Positions 43,365 to 53,054 of a stretch of DNA of 64,000 nucleotides are shown here, piece after piece. A program made the position numbers and the translations under genes. A model generated the notes under the pieces. It was not told the DNA's origin and searched no databases. It worked only from the letters and a program-made list of their open reading frames with translations. Where the stretch lies: the NCBI GenBank assembly GCA_963697345.1, contig CAVONS010000001.1:15580-79579 (forward strand). Direction: 5' to 3'. This stretch comes from an uncultured Actinomycetes bacterium. Lineage in GTDB: Bacteria; Actinomycetota; Actinomycetes; S36-B12; CAIYMF01. The stretch's first letter is position 1. Each line of letters opens with the position of its first letter.

Positions 43365-44504
43365 TCAGCGTCCGCTGGGCGCCGCCACGAGCTCGAAGCT
43401 CGGACCGTCCACGCGCCGACCGTTCACCTGGACCTGAACCATGTGCCGGCCCGGGTGGTGGGTGCGCGTGCTGAGCTGCGCCACCGAGATGGTCCTGGCC
43501 ACGGTCGCCACCTGACCTGGGCCAAGCTCCCGGATCCCACCCTTGAACACCTTCGGCGACGTGGACCCGTTGGCCTTCACGAAGTGCACGACGAGGTCGA
43601 CAGCCACCTGCTCGGCGGCTGCTCCTGGCGTGCCCGGGATGCGCGTGTCGCGCAGCGTCACCGTGATCCGCACGCGCTCCCCGATGACCACCTCGGCCGG
43701 TTCCGCGTCCACGTCAGCCACCTCGACGTGATCGGCCGGCGCGTGACCGAGCACGGCCAGGGCCTGCGGGTCACCGCGCTTGACCAGCGTCCGCAGGGCA
43801 TGGCGCACGAGCCGGCCGCGGTTCTGGTCACCATCGGCGGACCACCGCTGCGCCAGTGCCACGACGATCTCCGGGTGGTCCTTGCTGATGTCGTTGAGAT
43901 TGTTGGCGACGCTGCGCCGCACGTACTGGCTGGGGTCATCACGCAGCAGCTCGAGGAGTTCCAGCACAGGGGTCGGGTCTGCGATGAAGGCGGGCAGTCG
44001 TGCCGCCCACGGCAGGCGCGGACGGGTCCCCTCACTGACCAGGCGGCGCACGTGCTCGTCGGGGTCGGAGGTCCAGTCGCGCAGCCGGGCAAGGGTCCGC
44101 TCGGGTTCGCTGGTGAGGAAGGCGCGGATGCTGAACTCGGCGGTGAAGCGCTTGGTGAGCTCGTACTGCGCGGTCATCGACTCCTCGAAGGCGGGGCGCC
44201 CGACGTTCGCCACGTAGAGCGTCAGCGGGAGGAACCGCATCGGCGCCATCCCGGTGAGCCCTCGGTCGATGGGGCCCAGCGAGGCCGTCACGAGCGGGAC
44301 CGCCACGTGCGGGTCGGGGGGTAGGTGATGGCCCATCACGTCGGCGATACGGCGTGCGCGGTCCATCAACTCGAGATCGTCGAAGCCGCGCAGGCAGTCG
44401 TCGACGAACGCCTCGACGTCGAATTCCTCGACGACCGCAGCCAGCTGTTCGCCGAGGGCGCGCGGCACCTGCGGGCCGAAGGAGTTCTTCATCGGCTCAG
44501 CCAT
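43365..44504 (-). CDS. DNA alkylation repair protein (HEAT-repeat, AlkD/AlkC-like family)
   Basis: DPDEHVRRLVSEGTRPRLPWA...LRDDPSQYVRRSVANNLNDISKDHPE. ATG 44504 after GGAGG. Confidence 0.8.
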   Translation of the reverse strand: MAEPMKNSFGPQVPRALGEQLAAVVEEFDVEAFVDDCLRGFDDLELMDRARRIADVMGHHLPPDPHVAVPLVTASLGPIDRGLTGMAPMRFLPLTLYVANVGRPAFEESMTAQYELTKRFTAEFSIRAFLTSEPERTLARLRDWTSDPDEHVRRLVSEGTRPRLPWAARLPAFIADPTPVLELLELLRDDPSQYVRRSVANNLNDISKDHPEIVVALAQRWSADGDQNRGRLVRHALRTLVKRGDPQALAVLGHAPADHVEVADVDAEPAEVVIGERVRITVTLRDTRIPGTPGAAAEQVAVDLVVHFVKANGSTSPKVFKGGIRELGPGQVATVARTISVAQLSTRTHHPGRHMVQVQVNGRRVDGPSFELVAAPSGR

Positions 44505-44985
44505 GGCACCTCCGTCAGCGGCCCGCCCTGGGCGCTCATCCAAGGCCGACGCGTGGCTTCCATTCTGCCCCCAACAAACGGGACCCCCGGAGGCGCGTTG
44601 GTGCATGGGGGTCGACCCTTCACATGCACCCGTTATCTCCGGGGGTCCTTCGAGACGAGAACGTATTCACCTGACGTTCACCCGTCAATACCCCCCGGTA
44701 ACGCGCCTGTGGATGAGTTGGGGATGACTTGGGGACACTGCCGCGTGTCGGTGTGGATGAGCCGTGGGAGTCCTGTGGAAAACCCCTGTGCATATCGCTC
44801 GAACAAGCCTCTGACCTGCGACGATACGGTGCGGGATATGTGGAGGAAAAGAATTCTCCGCGACACGCCGAAGCAATCTTGCGGACACCGCGTGGATATG
44901 TCGATGGCCGCGTGGGCGCGCACCTGATGACGCCAGACAGCACGTCTATCGACGCGTGCGGGTGACGACTGGAGGATGTCCTGCC

Positions 44986-45753
44986 TCAGCGGCCGGTGAA
45001 CCGGGGTGGGCGCTTCTCCCGCAGGGCGGCCAACCCTTCGACGAGGTCATCGGAGGCAAGGGTGACAGCTTGAGCCAGGCCCTCCCACTGGGTGGCGCTC
45101 GTCCAGTCCTTCGGCCCCCCATCGCGAAGGACCGCCTTGGTCAGCTGCACAGCCACCGGAGCGCCCGCCGCGACGCCCTGGGCGCCGACCAGCGACTCGG
45201 ATCCGAGGGCCTCGTCCGGCACGACGCGGCTCACGAGCCCGAGGCTGAGCATCTCCTCGGCAAGGACGCGACGTCCGGTGAACAGCAGATCGCGGGCCGC
45301 GGCCACACCCACGACCTCAGTGAGCAGGTACGTGGACAGCATCCCCGGGTGCATGCCCATCCGCAGGAACGGCACGGACATGCTCGCCGAGGTGCTGGCC
45401 CAGCGGATGTCGCACGCCAGCGCCAGCGCCGCGCCCGCGCCGATCGCCGGCCCGTTGATCGCTGCGATCGTGGGGACCTTGAGATCGCGGATCGTCAGCC
45501 ACGTCGCGTAGTAGGCCAGCATCCGCTCGCGCAGGACCGACACCGGCTCGTGGGAGTCCGCCCCGATCCAGGACGTGTTCCCACCGGAGCTGAAGGCGGA
45601 GCCCTGACCGGTGACGAGAACGGCGCGCACGTCCGAATCGGCCGCGACCTGGGCCATGAGCCGACCCCAGGCGGCCGTCATCTCCAGGCCCATCATGTTG
45701 CGTCGGTCGTGGTCAGCCAGCTCGATGACCACGAGGTCCCCGTCGCGGCGCAC
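44986..45753 (-). CDS. Enoyl-CoA hydratase/isomerase (crotonase) family
   Basis: VRAVLVTGQGSAFSSGGN...AAINGPAIGAGAALALACDIR. Confidence 0.88.
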   Translation of the reverse strand: MRRDGDLVVIELADHDRRNMMGLEMTAAWGRLMAQVAADSDVRAVLVTGQGSAFSSGGNTSWIGADSHEPVSVLRERMLAYYATWLTIRDLKVPTIAAINGPAIGAGAALALACDIRWASTSASMSVPFLRMGMHPGMLSTYLLTEVVGVAAARDLLFTGRRVLAEEMLSLGLVSRVVPDEALGSESLVGAQGVAAGAPVAVQLTKAVLRDGGPKDWTSATQWEGLAQAVTLASDDLVEGLAALREKRPPRFTGR

Positions 45754-46030
45754 GGCCAGCTTGTCGACCTCGGGATCGTAGGCGGCGGGGTCCAGCCGGA
45801 CATGTGCTCCGGCCGGGCTGGCATAGGCGGGGGTGCGGGGCGGGGCCCGCTGAGGGGGCCGCGGAATCGGCCGTGGCGTCGGTCGTCGGGGATTGCGTGC
45901 TCGGAACGTCGGAGGACATGCCCGCAGGCTAACGGGGAGCCTGATGCGGGATTGTCAGGAGCCTGACGTATCGTGCTCCACGAGCGGCCGCAGCCATGAG
46001 GGCTCGGCCCCCCACTGACGGAGGACGTCA

Positions 46031-46192
46031 ATGTCGGAAGAGTCGTACACGGGCGAGGCCTACTGCGTGAAGTGCAAGGAGAAGCGCGAGTTCACCGGGC
46101 ACGTCGAAGAGGTCAACAACCGCCGCATGGCCAAGGGCATCTGCCCAGTGTGTGGCACCAAGGTCGCCCGCATCCTCGGCAAGGCCCAGTGA
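46031..46192 (+). CDS. Small zinc-ribbon protein (DUF5679-like), 53 aa; not in the ORF track (<60 aa)
   Basis: ATG 46031 after GGAGG. MSEESYTGEAYCVKCKEKREFTGHVEEVNNRRMAKGICPVCGTKVARILGKAQ, with CxxC...CxxC. Confidence 0.75.
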   Translation: MSEESYTGEAYCVKCKEKREFTGHVEEVNNRRMAKGICPVCGTKVARILGKAQ

Positions 46193-46253
46193 CCCACTGA
46201 ACGCACCGCCGGGGCGCGCCCTGGCATCGCACGCCCGCCGGAGGTTTCCGGCC

Positions 46254-46288
46254 CTGAGGGGCGTCCCTGACACAGGGGCGCCCCTCAG
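46254..46288 (+). terminator. GC-rich hairpin downstream of the DUF5679 gene (CTGAGGGGCG...CGCCCCTCAG with an inner CCCT/AGGG extension)
   Basis: Perfect 10-bp inverted repeat, 46254-46263 with 46279-46288, ~60 nt after the stop codon. Confidence 0.45.
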
Positions 46289-46368
46289 CGCTTGATCGGC
46301 GCGCATCGGTCCCGATCTCCGGTCCGCACGCGGTCGCGGGTTGGTGCCGGCAGCACCACAATGGACCT

Positions 46369-47703
46369 ATGCCCGACCTCCCCGTGCGAGCCCTGACCCG
46401 CAGCGCCAAGATGGCCGCCCTGCCCCTCGGGCATGCCAGCCGTGCGGCCCTCGGCGTGGGCAAGCGGATCGGCGGGGCCCCGGCTGAGGCCGTGGCCGCC
46501 GAGATCCAGGCACGCTCGGCCGAGCAGATGTTCCGTGTCCTCGGTGAGCTCAAGGGCGGCGCGATGAAGGTCGGCCAGGCCATGAGCATCTTCGAGGCGG
46601 CCCTGCCCGAGGACGTTGCGGCGCCCTACCGGGCCACCCTGACCAAGCTGCAGGAGCAGGCCCCGGCCCTCCCGGCCGCCACCGTCCATGTCGTGCTCGC
46701 CGACAACTTCGGCGCCGATTGGCGCGACATGTTCGATTCCTTCGACGACAGCCCGGCGGCCGCGGCGAGCATCGGCCAGGTGCACCGAGCCGTGTGGAGC
46801 GACGGTCGGCCGGTGGCCGTCAAGATCCAGTACCCGGGCGCGGACAAGGCCCTGCTCGCTGACCTGCGCAACGCGAGCCGCCTGGCTCGGCTCATGACAG
46901 CGGGCGTGCCCGGGGTCGACGTGAAGCCGGTGCTCGACGAGTTGGCCGCACGTGTGTCCGAGGAGTTGGACTACGAGCGCGAGGCAGCCTCCCAGCGCGC
47001 CTTCGCCGATGCCTACCGCGACGACCCGGACGTGGTCATCCCCGAGGTCGTGGCCGCCGGCCACACGGTGATCGTGTCCGAGTGGCTGGAGGGCACACCC
47101 CTGTCGAAGATCGTGTCCGACGGAACCCAGGAGGAGCGGGACGCAGCCGGCCAGCACTACCAGCGCTTCCTGCTCTCGGGGCCGACCCGGGCCGGGCTGC
47201 TGCACGCCGACCCGCACCCGGGCAACTTCCGGATCACCCCCGATGGGCGCTTCGGCGTGCTCGACTTCGGCGCCGTGGCCCACCTGCCCGACGGCTTCCC
47301 GCACGTGGTGGGCGCCCTGCTCAGCGCTGCGATGACCGGCGATGCGCAGGCGGTGATCGAGGGGTTGCGCGAGGAGGGGTTCGTCAAGACCGGCACCAAG
47401 GTCGAGGCCGAGGGGCTGCTGGACTTCCTCGACCCGTTCGTGGACCCGGCCCGGACCGAGACGTTCCAGTACAGCAGGGCGTGGCTGCGCGAGCAGTTCG
47501 CGCGGTTGAACGACCCGCGCAACCCCGATTTCGGGATCGGCATGCGGATGAACCTCCCGCCCTCGTACCTGTTGATCCACCGCGTATGGCTCGGGGCGAT
47601 CGGCGTGCTCTGCCAGCTGGGCGCGGAGGTGGCGATGCGCCGCGAGCTCGAGGAATGGGTCCCCGGATTCGTGGCCCCCGAGGTCGAGCCCGACCCGGTC
47701 TGA
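46369..47703 (+). CDS. ABC1/UbiB (AarF)-family atypical kinase (Rv3197-like)
   Basis: [16 protein letters not shown]...[11 protein letters not shown]...VAVKIQYPG...[12 protein letters not shown]. Confidence 0.9.
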   Translation: MPDLPVRALTRSAKMAALPLGHASRAALGVGKRIGGAPAEAVAAEIQARSAEQMFRVLGELKGGAMKVGQAMSIFEAALPEDVAAPYRATLTKLQEQAPALPAATVHVVLADNFGADWRDMFDSFDDSPAAAASIGQVHRAVWSDGRPVAVKIQYPGADKALLADLRNASRLARLMTAGVPGVDVKPVLDELAARVSEELDYEREAASQRAFADAYRDDPDVVIPEVVAAGHTVIVSEWLEGTPLSKIVSDGTQEERDAAGQHYQRFLLSGPTRAGLLHADPHPGNFRITPDGRFGVLDFGAVAHLPDGFPHVVGALLSAAMTGDAQAVIEGLREEGFVKTGTKVEAEGLLDFLDPFVDPARTETFQYSRAWLREQFARLNDPRNPDFGIGMRMNLPPSYLLIHRVWLGAIGVLCQLGAEVAMRRELEEWVPGFVAPEVEPDPV

Positions 47704-47743
47704 GCGGTCCGGCGGCAGGCGGTCGACCTGGCGTGAGCTTATT

Positions 47744-47866
47744 GGCGTCGGGCGTCGGGGGTCGGGCGTCGGGCCCCTGAGCTTCGGGCGTCAGGGCTTC
47801 GGGCGTCAGGCCCCTGAGCTTCGGGCGTCGGGCCCCTGAGCTTCGGGCGTCAGGCGTCGGGCGGGC
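47744..47866. repeat. Degenerate tandem repeats (GGCGTCG heptamer-like units and three ~23-bp units GCCCCTGAGCTTCGGGCGTC[A/G]GG) between convergent genes
   Basis: Read directly: ...ggcgtcgggcgtcgggggtcgggcgtcgggcccctgagcttcgggcgtcagggcttcgggcgtcaggcccctgagcttcgggcgtcgggcccctgagcttcgggcgtcaggcgtcggg. Confidence 0.85.
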
Positions 47867-47911
47867 ACGATCCGCCGCCCGCTGGGATCGGGTCGGCGGG
47901 CTCCTCACGCA

Positions 47912-50125
47912 TCAACGGGCCGAGGCCCTCGAGTCCGCCACCACCGCGAGGATCTCCTCTGCGTAGCGCGCGAGCTTCTCGGGGCGGAACTCCGGGATCT
48001 CGGCCAGGGCGGTCTGGGTCTCCGGTCGGCGCTCCGCGATGGCTTGGAGCGTGAGGTCGCGCAGCACTGTGTTCACCGCAATGCCCTGCTCCTGCGCCGC
48101 GGAAGCCCGCCACTGGTCGAGGCTCTCGACCAGGTGCTGGTCGATGTCGCCGGGGCAGGTCAGGCACCGCCCCAGGGTGAGCTCCTCGGCCCGGATCAGC
48201 CGCGCCTGGCAGACCCGGCATCGCGCCTGTGGTCGCCGACGGGTCTCCTGCGGTGCGTCGGAACCGCCACGGCGAACCAGGCCCGCCGACGACGCGTCCA
48301 CCCTCGCAGCGCCGCGCGCCCGGACCGCCGCCAGGAACCGGCTGGGGTCCCGATGACGCCCCGAGCGGGGCCGCGTCAGCGCCCAGGTGATCACCAGCTG
48401 GTCGCGGGCGCGGGTCACCCCCACGTAGAACAGGCGGCGCTCCTCCTCGATGCGTTCCGGTGTGTCGGCGTAGACGATCGGCAGGCCACCCTCCGACGCA
48501 CCCACGATGAACACGACGGGCCACTCCAGGCCCTTGGCTGAGTGCAGCGTCGTGACGGTGACCCCGTCCGCGGTCGGAGCGTGCGACAGCTGCGCGCGGC
48601 GCTCGAACTCCGCGACCAGCTCGAGCATGGTGCTGCGCCCTGAGGCGGCGACCTCGTGGGCCAGGCCGAGGACCGCGGCCAGCGACTCCCAGCGCTCACG
48701 GGTGGCCCCGCCGCTGGCAGGCCCGGTCGAGAGCCACCCCATCCCGGCCAGGACGGCCTCCACCTGCTCGACGAGGCCGTCGACGTCGGTGGCTTCGCCC
48801 GCCCCGCCGGCGGCCCCCGCCACAGCGTGCCCACGCATCCGCACGACCGCCTCACGCACCTCGGGGCGTTCGAAGAACCGTTCGGCACCACGCAGGACGT
48901 AGCCGATGTTCGCCTCGGCCAGGGCCACCTCGAAGGGTTCGGAGGCGGCGTTGGTCCGCATCAGGATGGCGATGTCGCGGGCGGGGATCCCCCGTGCGAT
49001 CAGCTGGGTGATCCGACCTGCGACGGTTGCCCCCTCCTCGGCGTCATCCGCGCACGGAACCACCTCCGGGACGGCACCGGCCTCGCGCTGGGAGCGCAGC
49101 ATGACGGCCTGTTCCGGGGCCACGGCAGGCGTGTGGCCGCTCGGCGCGTCAGCATCGGTGAGTGGGTCCACCGCACGTGGCGGGCGGACTGCGACTGCCG
49201 AGCGGAGCACGGAGTTCGCGACGGTGACGATCTGCGGGGTGCACCGGTAGCACCGATCGAGGCGCACCTCCGTGGCGTTGGGCCACCGGCGCGAGAACTG
49301 GGCCAGGGAGTCCGGGCTCGCGCCGGCGAACGAGTAGATCGTCTGGCTCGCGTCACCGACGACGCACACGTCGTCGCGGTCACCCATCCATCCGGTGAGC
49401 AGCTGGTCCTGGGCGGGGGTGATGTCCTGGTACTCGTCGACGGTGAACCAGCGGTAGTGCCGGCGGATCTCGTCGGCGATGTCGGGCCGGTCACCGATCA
49501 GGGCGATCATCGTCAGCAGGACGTCCTCGAAGTCGATCGAGTTGGCCGCCAGCTTCACGTCCTGGTAGGCCGAGATCACCCGGGCGACCCCGGGTAGGTC
49601 GATCACGTCCGAACCCGCGCCGACCGGCGTCCGCCCAGCGGCCGCTGCGGCCTCGGCGTAGCCGCCGGCCGACACCAGGCTCGAGCCGGCCCACTCGATC
49701 TCCGCGGCGAGGTCGCGCACGAGGGGGCGCCCCGAGGGCAGTCCCAGCTCGCGGCACGCCTGCCCCACGAGGGCCGCCTTCTTGGACACGAGTTGGGGGA
49801 ACGGCCCGCCGACGGCCGTCGGCCAGAAGTAGCGCAGCTGGCTGAGCGCGGCGGAGTGGAACGTGCGCACAGCCACCGACGGGACCCCCAGCTCGGCCAG
49901 GCGGCCGCGCATCTCACCGGCGGCCCGGTTGGTGAACGTGACCGCCAACCCGGTACCAGCTGCATGGGTGCCACTGCCGACGGCGTGGGCGATCCGGTGG
50001 GTGATGGCACGTGTCTTGCCGGTGCCGGCACCGGCGAGCACGACCACCGGGCCGGTCAGGGCCTCCGCGACAAGACGCTGCTCGGGATCGAGTCCGTCGA
50101 GCACGTGGTCGGGCATGTTCGGCAT
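47912..50125 (-). CDS. uvrD2: ATP-dependent DNA helicase UvrD2 (UvrD core, tetracysteine module, HRDC domain)
   Basis: VLAGAGTGKTRAITHR, TVDEYQDIT, LHSAKGLEWP, YVGVTRAR. CRVCQARL...GRCLTCPG. C-terminal HRDC-like LTLQAIAERRPETQTALAEIPEF. ATG at 50125 (50116 is an alternative). Confidence 0.9.
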   Translation of the reverse strand: MPNMPDHVLDGLDPEQRLVAEALTGPVVVLAGAGTGKTRAITHRIAHAVGSGTHAAGTGLAVTFTNRAAGEMRGRLAELGVPSVAVRTFHSAALSQLRYFWPTAVGGPFPQLVSKKAALVGQACRELGLPSGRPLVRDLAAEIEWAGSSLVSAGGYAEAAAAAGRTPVGAGSDVIDLPGVARVISAYQDVKLAANSIDFEDVLLTMIALIGDRPDIADEIRRHYRWFTVDEYQDITPAQDQLLTGWMGDRDDVCVVGDASQTIYSFAGASPDSLAQFSRRWPNATEVRLDRCYRCTPQIVTVANSVLRSAVAVRPPRAVDPLTDADAPSGHTPAVAPEQAVMLRSQREAGAVPEVVPCADDAEEGATVAGRITQLIARGIPARDIAILMRTNAASEPFEVALAEANIGYVLRGAERFFERPEVREAVVRMRGHAVAGAAGGAGEATDVDGLVEQVEAVLAGMGWLSTGPASGGATRERWESLAAVLGLAHEVAASGRSTMLELVAEFERRAQLSHAPTADGVTVTTLHSAKGLEWPVVFIVGASEGGLPIVYADTPERIEEERRLFYVGVTRARDQLVITWALTRPRSGRHRDPSRFLAAVRARGAARVDASSAGLVRRGGSDAPQETRRRPQARCRVCQARLIRAEELTLGRCLTCPGDIDQHLVESLDQWRASAAQEQGIAVNTVLRDLTLQAIAERRPETQTALAEIPEFRPEKLARYAEEILAVVADSRASAR

Positions 50126-50380
50126 TGTGTCAGCCGGGTCTGACGTGGGGTCGTTGGCCACTGGCCGACGCTCCCCGGCAGCGGTATACAGGGAGTGGGA
50201 GCAGCGACTCCGGACCTCCGGAAGGGGGTGCGTCATGCGGATCGGACGTTTGTCCTCGTGGGCGTCGGCACTGACCATGGCGTCCGGAGGGATGACCCCG
50301 GGCATCGGAGGTTGGGCGACGATGCTGGGCGCCTGGACGTTGCACCACACCAACGACGGTGGAACGGTGCCGGACTGGCG

Positions 50381-50494
50381 TTGACGCGCTGGCGGGTGGA
50401 CGCGCGGGCGGCTGGGTGCGCGGGCCGGTGGACGCGCGGGCCGGTGGACGCGTGGGCGGGTGGACGCGCTGGCGGGTAGACGCGTCCGTTGACG
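50381..50494. repeat. Six copies of a 16-nt periodic unit GACGCG[C/T][G/T]GGC[G/C]GGTG upstream of uvrD2
   Basis: GACGCG starts at 50383, 50399, 50431, 50447, 50463 and 50479. The array is bracketed by TTGACGCG and CGTTGACG. Confidence 0.85.
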
Positions 50495-50545
50495 TGCGGT
50501 GTCAGCTGCCGCAGCGAGGCGTCAAGCGGTCGGCACGGGCGTGCG

Positions 50546-51636
50546 CTACCAGCGGCACCACTCGGGCGGCAGGTCGTGGCCGTACCAGAGCCGGATGAGG
50601 TGGTGGGCGATCGACAGCCCGCCGGGCAGGCGCACCTCGCGCGTCTCACAGAGCGCCGGCAGCTCCTCGCGGCTGATCCAGCGTGCCTCGGCGATCTCCA
50701 CGCCGTCGGGCTGCGGCTCGGGCCGGACGCCGGAGATCGTGGCGTGGTATCCCAGCATGAGCGACGCAGGGAACGGCCACGGCTGGCTGCCCACGTAGCG
50801 CGCACCGGTGACGTGCAGGCCCACCTCCTCGGCAATCTCCCGAGCGACCGCGGACTCCGCGGACTCCCCCGGCTCGACGAACCCGGCCAGCGTTGAGAAC
50901 GCGCCCTCCGGCCACCGCGTCTGACGCCCCAGCAGCGCGTTGTCCTCGTCGTCGATGAGCAGGGCGATGACCGCCGGGTCCGTGCGCGGGTAGTGCTCGG
51001 ATCCGTCCTGCGGGCAGGTGCGCCACCAGCCCAGGCCGGCTACGACAGTGGCGGCCCCGCACCGTGGGCAGCGCACGTGGGTGGCGTGCCAGTTGGCCAG
51101 GGCGAGGAACTCGGCGAAGATGCTGCGCTCCTCGGCGGGCAGGCGCAGTGCGACGTCGCGCAGCCCCGCCCACTCGACGTCCGCCGGAACGATCGGATCG
51201 TCGCGGGCCACCACACGCCCGCACCACAGCTGCCCGGACTCGTCAACGCCAAGCAGGATGTCGAGCGTCTCGCGGGCGCCCGGAACATCGGGGTCGGCCA
51301 GCGCGGGGGCGGCCGGAGCGGGGGCGGCCGGAGCGCGGGCGCGCGGAGCGGACGGCGCGGGGTCGACTCACGCGGCACCGCAGGACGTCCACCCGACTCC
51401 CCCGGTACCGCGGCCAGCGTGACCGAGCGATCCTCGCCACGGCGCAGCGCTGCCGCGCCCTCGTGGTCCAGCAGGAGCAGGACGCGCCGTTCGGGGACCC
51501 CAGCCCAGCCACCGGCGCGCAGGTCCGCGCGGCGATCAAGGGGGTCGTGGCCCAGGGCGAGGCGGACGTGAGCGCGCTGCGGGCTCTGCCCGACGACCGC
51601 GGAGGCCTCCTGCGCACTCTCCTGGCCCGGGGACAT
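50546..51636 (-). pseudogene. nudC: NAD(+) diphosphatase NudC with an apparent frameshift in a low-complexity linker (~51370-51385)
   Basis: The C-terminal two-thirds are intact (CPRCGAAT...C zinc ribbon; NUDIX box GFVEPGESAESAVAREIAEEVGL). The N-terminal domain (MSPGQ...LALGHDPLDRRADLRAGGWAG...RVLLLLD) lies in another frame, starting at ATG 51636. An in-frame TGA at ~51369-51371 separates the two frames. Confidence 0.65.
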
Positions 51637-51696
51637 GCCGCCACCGTAGTGGGCGTCGGGCCGGTCCACATCCGCGTGATGTGACAGTCTTTGCAG

Positions 51697-52665
51697 GTGC
51701 GCGTGGTCACCTTCAACCTGCTCCACGGGGTACCCCTGCGCGACCGGGTCGGGAAGAGGTCCGACGTCCCGGAACCCACCGCAACCGAATCCGCCGAGGA
51801 CCTCGAGCACGCGGCGCACGAGGGGGTCGCCCCGACCGACCGGCACCTGTGGTCCCCCGAGGTCAGCGACCCCGCCGACCTGGTCCGAAGCGTCGAGGAG
51901 CTGCTCGAGTCCGGGCCGATCGACGTCATCGCGCTGCAGGAGGTCGACAGGTTCCAGCCCCGGACCGGCGGTGTGGACCAGGCGCGCCTGGTGGCCGAGA
52001 CGATCGGGGCCAAGCACTGGCGGTTCGTCCCCAGCGTCCGTGGGACGCCGGGGATCGCCTCCGAGGGTGCCGCGTGGGTGCCGGCCACCGATGCCGACGA
52101 CCTGCCCCCCGACGAGTGCGAGCCCGAGATCCCGACGGGGTCCGGCCCGCGATACGGCATCGCCCTGATCAGCCGGTACCCCGTGCGCGGCTGGCGGGTC
52201 ATGCGCTTCCCGCCGGCACCGGTGTCCATGCCGCTGCTCGCCCCGACCGAGGACGGCCGCCCCAAGGCCATCCGCGTGCCCGACGAGCCACGCTCGGCCG
52301 TGGCCTGCATCGTCGAGCTGCCCTACGCGGACGTGACCGTGGCCACCGCCCATCTGTCGTTCGTGCCCGGCGTGAACACCAAGCAGCTGTCCAAGCTCCG
52401 CGCGTTCGTCGCCGGCATGCCCAGGCCCACCGTGCTGATGGGCGACTTCAACACCCCGGGTGGGATCCCCGGGCTGGTCACCGGCTGGGAGCAGGTCGCC
52501 CGGGTGCCCACCTACCCCGTGATGCGCCCGCGCGTGCAGTTCGACCACATCATGGCTGACGGCTGGACGCTCGAGGCGATGGCCCAGGCGCGCGCGTCAG
52601 CCCGCGCAGTGCCGCTGCCGGTCAGCGACCACTGTGCCCTGCTGGCTGACTTCCCCGACCCGTAG
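51697..52665 (+). CDS. Endonuclease/exonuclease/phosphatase (EEP) family protein
   Basis: (M)RVVTFNLLHG...IALQEVD...GDFNTPG...FDHIM. GTG 51697 is preferred over TTG 51691. Confidence 0.85.
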   Translation: MRVVTFNLLHGVPLRDRVGKRSDVPEPTATESAEDLEHAAHEGVAPTDRHLWSPEVSDPADLVRSVEELLESGPIDVIALQEVDRFQPRTGGVDQARLVAETIGAKHWRFVPSVRGTPGIASEGAAWVPATDADDLPPDECEPEIPTGSGPRYGIALISRYPVRGWRVMRFPPAPVSMPLLAPTEDGRPKAIRVPDEPRSAVACIVELPYADVTVATAHLSFVPGVNTKQLSKLRAFVAGMPRPTVLMGDFNTPGGIPGLVTGWEQVARVPTYPVMRPRVQFDHIMADGWTLEAMAQARASARAVPLPVSDHCALLADFPDP

Positions 52666-52948
52666 GCCAGTCCGCCGCGCCCCACATGCCCCGCCCCACA
52701 TGCCCCACACGCCGCGGACCCCGCGGCCCGCGCCACGACACCGCGGTCCGAATCCACCGTTTCAGCGCGGTGATCGGGTGGCTTGGGCAACGCTGCGCTC
52801 GAAATGCTCCGTATGAGCGTCCGACCGACCCTCATTGGGTGCATCTGGAGCGTGGCTTCTTGCGAGGCATCGGCCACCGGCGCGAGACGGTGCGAATCGT
52901 GCGCAGTGACTCTGGCTGACGAGCTTCGACGACCCAGCGGGTGGCATT

Positions 52949-52998
52949 GGGGGCCGGGGGCGGGGGCGGGGGCGGGGGCGGGCGGGCGGGGCGGGGGC
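52949..52998 (+). repeat. (GGGGC)n-type G-tract, ~10 runs of three or more G (G-quadruplex-capable)
   Basis: gggggccgggggcgggggcgggggcgggggcgggcgggcggggcgggggc, between the convergent EEP and adnB genes. Confidence 0.85.
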
Positions 52999-53054
52999 AA
53001 GGCCAGTCGCGATCCGCGGACAGCATCGAGCGGCGAGCCCGGGAACGCTCGCCC

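Noticed and set aside
44607-44985. Chromosomal origin (oriC) suggested by DnaA-box-like TGTGGAT motifs
   Set aside because: There is no dnaA, dnaN, rpmH or parAB context. Only a handful of imperfect boxes are present, and the flanking genes are ordinary metabolic and repair genes. It is kept as a low-interest regulatory or sRNA candidate.
46285-47580. 431-aa minus-strand ORF, and similar long ORFs at 54181..55959, 38168..39364, 19004..20233, 11648..12556 and 9745..10578
   Set aside because: All are antisense or out of frame relative to genes with recognisable motifs. Their Arg/Gly/Pro-rich composition marks them as high-GC artefacts.
47744-47866. Possible CRISPR array
   Set aside because: The repeat units are contiguous and degenerate with no unique spacers. 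The array is only ~120 bp, and there are no cas genes in the window.
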